Below are positions 38,656-44,901 of a stretch of 44,901 bases of DNA, piece by piece (the first letter of the stretch is position 1; every line of letters begins with the position of its first letter). Made by a program: the position numbers and the translations under genes. A model generated the notes under the pieces. It made no database searches. It had not been told where the DNA came from and saw nothing but the letters and a program-made list of their open reading frames with translations. The DNA is from Chromatiales bacterium (GTDB taxonomy: Bacteria; Pseudomonadota; Gammaproteobacteria; JACCXJ01): positions 1 to 44,901 of the forward strand of contig JBIMKC010000004.1 in assembly GCA_043673925.1 (NCBI GenBank), in the 5' to 3' direction.

Positions 38656-38979
38656 CTAGCGCTGCAGCATGTCCAACTTTCCCTTGACCTCGCGCCACTC
38701 GTCGGCGTCGGGAGGCGCCGGTTTGCGCTGGTTGATGACCGGCCACGCCTTCGCCAACTCCGCGTTGAGGTCGAGGTAATGCCTTTGTTGTTCAGGCAAA
38801 TCATCTTCGGAGAGGATTGCATCCACCGGGCACTCCGGTTCACAGAGCGTGCAATCGATACACTCGTCGGGGTCGATGACCAGCATGTTGGGGCCTTCAT
38901 GGAAGCAATCGACAGGGCACACCTCCACGCAGTCCGTGTACTTGCACTTTATACAGGGTTCGATAACGACGAACGTCAT
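38656..38979 (-). CDS. fdxA: 7Fe ferredoxin (Azotobacter FdxA type)
   Basis: 107-aa ORF starting [52 protein letters not shown] perfect TATAAT on the minus strand (plus-strand coordinates 39009-39014) lies upstream. Confidence 0.95.
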   Translation of the reverse strand: MTFVVIEPCIKCKYTDCVEVCPVDCFHEGPNMLVIDPDECIDCTLCEPECPVDAILSEDDLPEQQRHYLDLNAELAKAWPVINQRKPAPPDADEWREVKGKLDMLQR

Positions 38980-39058
38980 TGCTTGTTTTTGTCCAAAGGT
39001 CTCTTGTTATTATAACCGGGAATCGGGCCGGTGCATTAAGCATTGCCCATCCGCGAGG

Positions 39059-41622
39059 CTATTCCACCAGCGCGCGCAAGCGGTAAATCTCTTCCAAGGC
39101 TCGCCGCGGGCTTAAGCCATCGGGATCTAAGGCGCGCAGCACCGTGAGGGCTGGCGGTTCCGCGACCTCATCGAATAACTCCATCTGTGGCGCGGACGGT
39201 TGAGGCGTCTCCAACCGTCGCCGCCGTTCCAGCCGCTGCAGCTTGTCCCGGGCACGGCTTACCACGGCGCCGGGGACTCCCGCCATCCGCGCCACCTGCA
39301 GTCCGTAGCTTTGATTTGCCGGGCCCTCTTGCACCGAGTGCAGAAAGACGAGCCGATCACCGTGTTCCACAGCATCAAAATGCACATTCGCAACTCCTTC
39401 CATTTCGACGGCCAACTCCGTTAACTCGAAATAATGCGTCGCGAACAGCGTATAGGCGCGTATTTCCCGCGCTAAGTGTTCGGCGGTCGCCCACGCGAGC
39501 GACAGACCGTCGAAGGTGCTGGTGCCCCGTCCGATCTCATCGATCAAGACCAAGCTCTGCGAGGTCGCGTTGTTGAGAATGTTAGCGGTTTCGGTCATTT
39601 CGACCATGAACGTGGAACGTCCACTCGCCAAATCATCCGCCGCGCCGATGCGCGTAAAGACGCGATCCAACGGACCAATTTTCGCCTTCGCGGCCGGAAC
39701 GTAACTCCCGCTGTAGGCGAGGATCACGATCAACGCCGTCTGCCGCATATAGGTCGATTTCCCGCCCATGTTCGGGCCGGTGATCATCAACATGCGCCGC
39801 TCATCGGCGAGGTGAAGATCATTGGGCACAAAAGGCGTCTCGTGGACCCGTTCGATCACCAGGTGCCGGCCGCCGTCGATCGACACCCCGCTGTCGCCGC
39901 AGAGCTCCGGGGCGTTCAGAGCGAGCGTCTCGGCTCGTTCGGCAAACGACGCGAATACATCGGCTTCGGCCACGGCGGCGCTCGCTGCCTGCAACAACGG
40001 CAGTTGTTGAATCAAGCGCGTAAGGATCTCTTGGTAAATTTCTTTTTCCTTGTCGAGCGCCCGCTGTCCCGCCCGGAGCGCCTCGGATTCAAGCGCGGCC
40101 AGTTCCGGCGTGATATACCTTTCCGCCGCCTTGAGCGTCTGCCTGCGCACGTAATCCGCCGGGATTTTCTGCTGATGAGCCCGGCCGATCTCGAGGTAAT
40201 AGCCGTGCACGCGGTTGTAGCCGACCCGGAGGTTCCCGATGCCCGTGCGTTCGCGCTCGCGGGCTTCGATCGCAACCAGCACCTGCCCGACGTCATCGCG
40301 CAAACGCCGCAATTCGTCGAGCTCGCGATCGTAACCCGTCGCGATGACACCGCCATCGTTTATATGGGCGGCGGGATCCTCCGCGATGGCCGCCTGGAGT
40401 AAGGTGCGCTGCTCGGGGAATCCCGCGATCGCTTGGGCGAGCGATTGCAGCCTGGGACTGTCGATCTCATCGAGCCGGCGGCTCAATTCGGGTAAGGCTT
40501 CGAGCGCGTTCCGGAGCTGAACGAGGTCCCGAGGACGCGCCGACCGAAGCGCGATGCGGGCCAGTATGCGTTCGATATCCCCGATCGCCCGCAGCGGCTG
40601 CCGCAATCCGTGCCAAAGGGCGTTCATCAGCAGGGCGCCGATCGCGTGATAACGCTGCCGGAGCGTGGCTTGGTCGCGGATCGGGCGATTCAACCAACGC
40701 CGCAACATGCGGCTGCCCATGGGCGTCACCGAGCTATCCATGATCCCGATGAGGCTGTGCTCCTTGGCTCCGAAAAGGCTGGCGTTTATTTCCAGATTGC
40801 GGCGCGTCGCGGCATCGAGGATCAGGCTCTCTTCCCGCCGTTCCACGCAGAGCTTGCATAAATGCGGCAAGGCGGTGCGTTGGGTATCTCGCGTGTATTG
40901 CAACAGCCACCGGCCGCCGCCAAGGCGGCGTCCAGGTCCTCGCACCCGAACCCCGCCAGGTCTTGGACTTCAAACTGCTGGGCTAATGCGCGTTTGGCGT
41001 GCTCTGTGTCGAAATGCCAAGGCGGCCGCCGGCGCAGGCGTGGGTCCGCGGTAAACCACGGCACGAGATCGGACGCTTCGCTTAAGAGCAACTCCGCGGG
41101 CTGCAGCCGCTCGATCTCGCCGCCAAGCGCCTCGCGCCCCGTGATTTCGAGGACGCTGAACCTGCCGCTGGCGAGGTCCAACGTGGCAAGGCCGATGCAC
41201 TCCCCTTGCGCGTGCACCGCCGCCAGCAGGTTGTCGCGGCGTTCTTCGAGCAACGCCTCCTCGGTCAGGGTTCCCGGGGTTACGATACGCGTGACGCGCC
41301 GTTCCATCGGCGCTTTGCCCGACTGCTCGCCCACTTGGTCGCAAATCGCGACTGAGTACCCCATACGCACGAGCTTGGCCAAGTACGAATCCACCGCATG
41401 CACGGGCACGCCCGCCATCGGGATAGGCGCCCCGGCCGAGATCCCGCGCGTGGTCAGGACAATGTCCAGTAAGCCCGCGGCTTTCTCGGCGTCGTCATAA
41501 AATAGCTCGTAGAAATCGCCCATGCGGTAGAATAAAAGCATCTCCGGGAAGTCCCCCTTGATGCCGAGGAATTGCCTCATCATGGGCGTATGTTCGCCGC
41601 CGCGATCCGCGCTCGCCGCCAT
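39059..41622 (-). pseudogene. mutS: DNA mismatch repair protein MutS, split by a 1-nt frameshift near 40904-40912
   Basis: ORF 40822-41622 encodes the N-terminus ([17 protein letters not shown]). ORF 39059-40945 encodes the rest ([41 protein letters not shown]). The frames switch within GCCGGTGGCTGTTGC (AAAG / LLQY). The span is 2564 nt, one short of a multiple of 3. Confidence 0.85.
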
Positions 41623-41744
41623 GCGAGTCAGTGTAGCGGATACGCCGTCCGTTGCAACGCAACGAGCGTAGTCGATACACTTAGAAACCCGTGCATGCTT
41701 GCTAGCGATGACGGCGCATCGTTTTATCCGGAGATTTAAAACCC

Positions 41745-43625
41745 ATGAGTCATGACACCCAGACGGAAACCCGAGGTTTCCAGGCCGAGGTCCGCCAGTT
41801 GCTGGACCTGATGATCCACTCGCTTTATAGCAACAAAGAGATATTTCTCCGCGAGCTCATCTCCAATGCGTCCGACGCGGCCGAGAGGCTGCGCTTCGAG
41901 GCGCTCGGCAACGCGGCTTTATTCGAAAGCGACAGCGAGATCAAAATCGAAGTGGAGTATAGCGAGAACCTCAAGACCATCACGGTGCGTGACAACGGCA
42001 TCGGTATGTCACGCCAAGAGGTGGTCGAAAACCTCGGGACCATCGCCAAGTCGGGCACCCAGGAATTTCTCAAGGCCCTGACCGGCGACCGGCAGAAAGA
42101 CTCACAGCTCATCGGGCAGTTCGGGGTGGGATTTTACTCCGCCTTCATCGTCGCCGAGGAGATCACCGTCACGACCCGGCGCGCGGGCTTGGGCACTGAA
42201 GAGGGCGTGCGTTGGCAGTCCGATGGGAAAGGCGAGTACAGCGTCCGTACGGTGCCGCGTAAACTGCGCGGCACCGAGGTGGTTTTGAAGCTACGCTCCG
42301 GCGAGGAGGAATTCCTGAACGGCTACCGCTTGCGGGACATCATCGGCAAGTATTCGGACCACATCACCTTACCGATCCTCATGCCCAAGGAAGGCAAGGA
42401 CGCGAGCGGCTACGAACGGGTGAACGCGGCAACCGCGCTCTGGTCGCGGCCGAAGGGCGAGATCAGCGACGAAGAATACAACGAGTTTTATAAACATGTG
42501 GCGCATGACCATGAGGCGCCGCTCGCCCGCATCCATAGCAAGGTCGAGGGCAAGCTCGAATACACGCTGCTGCTCTTCATCCCGAAGCACGTGCCTTTCG
42601 ACCTCTGGGACCCCGAACACCGGCGCGGGGTGAAACTTTTCGTGCGCCGCGTGTTTATCATGGATGACGCCACGCAGTTGATGCCGCGCTACCTGCGCTT
42701 CGTGCGCGGTGTCGTCGATTCCAACGATCTGCCGCTCAACATTTCGCGGGAGATCCTGCAGGACAATAAGACCATCGACGGTATGCGCGCGGGCGCCGTA
42801 AAAAAGGTTCTGGGACTGCTGGAAGAGCTAGTGACCAAGGGCGAATACGGGGCCTTCTGGAAAACCTTTGGCCGGGTCCTCAAGGAAGGCTTGATCGAGG
42901 ACGCCCCGAACCGGGATCGGCTCGCCAAGCTCGCCCGTTTCTCGAGCACGCATACCGATAGCGAGGTTCAAGAGGTCTCGCTCGATGACTACCTGTCGCG
43001 TATGAAGGAAGGTCAGAGCGCGATCTATTATGTCGTCGCGGACGGTTTTGCCACCGCCAAGAACAGCCCGCATCTCGAGGTATTCCGCAAAAAGGGCCTC
43101 GAAGTCCTGCTGCTGTCCGATCCGGTGGATGAGTGGGCCGTGACCCATCTAACCGAGTACAACGGGAAGCCCTTGAAATCCGTTAGCAAGGGCGCGCTCG
43201 ATCTCGGGGTGCTGGAAGATAAGGAAGGCAAGGCAGCGGCGGAAGCCGGCGAGTACCAGGATCTCGTCGAGCGGATCCGCAAGAGCCTGGGCGAACGGGT
43301 CAAGGAGGTGCGAGTGACTCACCGCTTAACGATCTCACCGGCCTGTCTGGTTGCCGATGAACACGAGCTTGGCGCCAACCTGGAACGCCTGCTCAAGGCC
43401 GCAGGCCAGGACTTGCCGGCGACCCAGCCCATTCTGGAGATCAATCCCGAACACCCCATCGTGCGCCGCCTGCAGCGTGAACAAGAGGGCCCGCGATTCG
43501 AGGATTGGGCGCGCATCCTCTTCGACCAAGCGCTACTGAGCGAGGGCGGACGGCTCGATGATCCGGCCGGTTTCGTCCACCGGCTCAACGAGATGTTCTT
43601 AGTCATCAGCGGCGAGGCCGCGTGA
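41745..43625 (+). CDS. htpG: Molecular chaperone HtpG (Hsp90)
   Basis: 626-aa ORF with [35 protein letters not shown] and [12 protein letters not shown]. Confidence 0.97.
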   Translation: MSHDTQTETRGFQAEVRQLLDLMIHSLYSNKEIFLRELISNASDAAERLRFEALGNAALFESDSEIKIEVEYSENLKTITVRDNGIGMSRQEVVENLGTIAKSGTQEFLKALTGDRQKDSQLIGQFGVGFYSAFIVAEEITVTTRRAGLGTEEGVRWQSDGKGEYSVRTVPRKLRGTEVVLKLRSGEEEFLNGYRLRDIIGKYSDHITLPILMPKEGKDASGYERVNAATALWSRPKGEISDEEYNEFYKHVAHDHEAPLARIHSKVEGKLEYTLLLFIPKHVPFDLWDPEHRRGVKLFVRRVFIMDDATQLMPRYLRFVRGVVDSNDLPLNISREILQDNKTIDGMRAGAVKKVLGLLEELVTKGEYGAFWKTFGRVLKEGLIEDAPNRDRLAKLARFSSTHTDSEVQEVSLDDYLSRMKEGQSAIYYVVADGFATAKNSPHLEVFRKKGLEVLLLSDPVDEWAVTHLTEYNGKPLKSVSKGALDLGVLEDKEGKAAAEAGEYQDLVERIRKSLGERVKEVRVTHRLTISPACLVADEHELGANLERLLKAAGQDLPATQPILEINPEHPIVRRLQREQEGPRFEDWARILFDQALLSEGGRLDDPAGFVHRLNEMFLVISGEAA

Positions 43626-44566
43626 GTCACGCGCGAGCCGTGCGCGAGCGCCCCTGCAATCTTGCCGAGGCGCACAGCGCGCGTGAGTTGGTTTATTGGG
43701 CCGAGCGCCGCTTTCTCGGCGCCGGGCTATGTTTCGCTCACGGAACCACGAACGCACGCGAGGAAGCGGTGCTGCTGGTCTTCCATGCGCTCGGGCTGCG
43801 CTTCGATACCCCCGAAGACAGGCTCGACCGCCGCCTGACCGAGGAAGAAAAAGCGCGTGTGGTGGGGCTCCTGCGGCAACGTGTGCAGACCCGCAAGCCG
43901 GCCGCGTATCTTCTCGGTGAGGCCTGGTTCGCGGGCTTGCCGTTTTATGTGAACGACCAGGTGCTGGTCCCGCGATCGCCGATCGCGGAGCTCATCGAAT
44001 CCGGTCTCTCGCCTTGGGTGGGCGAGGCCGATCACATACTGGACATCGGCACCGGGAGCGGCTGCATCGCCATCGCCTGTGCGCTGGCATTCCCCGAGGC
44101 GCGGGTCGATGCCGTCGATCTTTGCCCGCGGGCCTTGGAGGTAGCGCGCCGTAACGTCATGCGCCATCAGGTTCAAGACCGGGTGCGGGTACTTCAATCG
44201 GATCTATTCGCCGCGCTCGCCGCGGAGCACTACGATCTCATCGTGAGCAACCCGCCGTATGTCCCGACACGGCATATGGCGGCGCTCACCCCCGAGCACC
44301 GCCACGAGCCCGCCCTCGGCCTCGATGGCGGCCCCGATGGCCTCACCGTCGTCAACCGTATTCTGGAAGATGCGTCGCATCACCTGACGGATAACGGGGT
44401 GCTGGTCGTGGAGGTCGGTGAGAGCGCCGGCGTCTTGGAGGAGCGTTATCCGCGCCTCCCCTTTGTTTGGCTCGAAACTGCACGCGGCGAGGACGGGGTG
44501 TTCTTAATCGAGGCCGACGAGTTGCACAAGCATTTCGGTCGCGCAGGGTCCCACCGACCGACATAG
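43622..44566 (+). CDS. prmB: 50S ribosomal protein L3 glutamine N5-methyltransferase
   Basis: GLCFAHGTTNAREEAVLLV, DIGTGSGCIA and NPPY motifs. The GTG start overlaps the htpG stop (GTGA). Confidence 0.85.
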   Translation: MSHARAVRERPCNLAEAHSARELVYWAERRFLGAGLCFAHGTTNAREEAVLLVFHALGLRFDTPEDRLDRRLTEEEKARVVGLLRQRVQTRKPAAYLLGEAWFAGLPFYVNDQVLVPRSPIAELIESGLSPWVGEADHILDIGTGSGCIAIACALAFPEARVDAVDLCPRALEVARRNVMRHQVQDRVRVLQSDLFAALAAEHYDLIVSNPPYVPTRHMAALTPEHRHEPALGLDGGPDGLTVVNRILEDASHHLTDNGVLVVEVGESAGVLEERYPRLPFVWLETARGEDGVFLIEADELHKHFGRAGSHRPT

Positions 44567-44714
44567 GCAAACAGCTAAAATACCGTTGGCAGCGCTTGGA
44601 CGGCGGGGGTCACGGAGGCCCCTATCTCCGCGACCATGACTTTCCGAAGGCCTATTCTAAAATAGCCGCATGATGTACTTTGTCAAATGCAGTCACGGTG
44701 GAAGACTCTATACC

Positions 44715-44901
44715 CTACGGCACGCCGCGCGGCTGTTCGCAGCGCGTGGCCGTATCGGTTCCGCTGCCGCCGTTGCAGCTATCGTCGGAACCGCGGCCCC
44801 CGTCCATGGCGTCGTCGCCGCTCCGCCCGAACAGCCGGTCGTTGTCTCTGCCTCCCTTCAAGACATCGTTCCCACCCCCGCCGAAGAGTTGGTCCTTGCC
44901 T
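44715..44901 (-). CDS. C-terminal end of an RTX-type calcium-binding repeat protein (5' part lies beyond the right edge)
   Basis: Hand translation of the reverse strand gives [61 protein letters not shown]. This contains four to five tandem GGxGxDxUx nonapeptides. Stop TAG is at 44717-44715. Not in the ORF track because it has no start in the window. Confidence 0.7.
   Translation of the reverse strand, partial: GKDQLFGGGGNDVLKGGRDNDRLFGRSGDDAMDGGRGSDDSCNGGSGTDTATRCEQPRGVP

Noticed and set aside
38502-38900. 132-aa ORF listed in the track as a possible gene
   Set aside because: Its first ~85 codons are an out-of-frame read of fdxA on the same strand. Only the last ~45 codons carry signal (the PP2C motif), and these are reported as a relic instead.
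39476-40402. 308-aa ORF antisense to mutS, and the similar 8440-9144 ORF antisense to the sigma-54 regulator
   Set aside because: Both are Arg/Gly/Pro-rich translations opposite strongly conserved AAA/ABC ATPase coding sequence. They look like GC-driven open frames rather than genes.
40822-40945. Programmed ribosomal frameshift or intentionally split mutS
   Set aside because: There is no slippery heptamer, homopolymer run or downstream structure at the frame switch. MutS is not known to use recoding, so a mutation or a sequencing indel is the simpler explanation.
41623-41744. Sigma-32 heat-shock promoter upstream of htpG
   Set aside because: CTTAGAA and CTTGCTA resemble the -35 CTTGAAA, but no CCCCATNT-like -10 lies at 13-17 nt spacing. 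It cannot be supported from the sequence alone.
44671-44901. Plus-strand ATG-initiated open frame ([23 protein letters not shown]...) running to the right edge
   Set aside because: The opposite strand encodes textbook RTX nonapeptide repeats ending in a stop codon. The plus-strand product is Ala/Val/Pro-rich with no motif and is likely the shadow frame.

Overview
GC-rich (roughly 60% by eye, not computed) chromosomal core segment with gammaproteobacterial-type synteny. I saw no IS element, prophage, CRISPR array or rRNA. Gene order: a glycolysis/Calvin-type cluster on the minus strand (thioredoxin-like, tkt stub, gap, pgk, pyk, fba); the methyl-cycle operon metK-ahcY-metF, followed without a gap by a PrsR-like sigma-54 response regulator, an ExeA/MshM-like ATPase and galE; a Memo-AMMECR1 fusion gene. 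Next comes a ~10.7 kb translation block (tRNA-fMet, rimP, nusA, infB, rbfA, truB, rpsO, pnp, rpsP, rimM, trmD, rplS), then xerD, dsbC and a DUF3108 protein. LPS inner-core genes hldE-hldD-waaA follow, then an FkbM methyltransferase and a leaderless L,D-transpeptidase, nagZ, a TraB/GumN protein and a membrane protein. The window ends with an RnfB-like ferredoxin, rlmI, nth, DUF1841, a double-FHA protein, fdxA, mutS, htpG, prmB and the C-terminal end of an RTX calcium-binding repeat protein at the right edge. The most notable signals are three gene-decay events in otherwise conserved loci, two of them absent from the ORF track. (1) A 47-codon transketolase 5' stub abuts the gap start. (2) mutS is split by a 1-nt frameshift. 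(3) A start-less C-terminal relic of a PP2C phosphatase lies between fdxA and the FHA gene. I found no self-contained, clearly novel multi-gene system. The best candidates for uncharacterised biology are the orphan PrsR-like/ATPase/GalE module coupled to metF, the Memo-AMMECR1 fusion lacking its radical-SAM partner, the FHA/PP2C-relic locus and the L,D-transpeptidase-FkbM pair. All homology calls come from reading the translations by eye; no database search was run.
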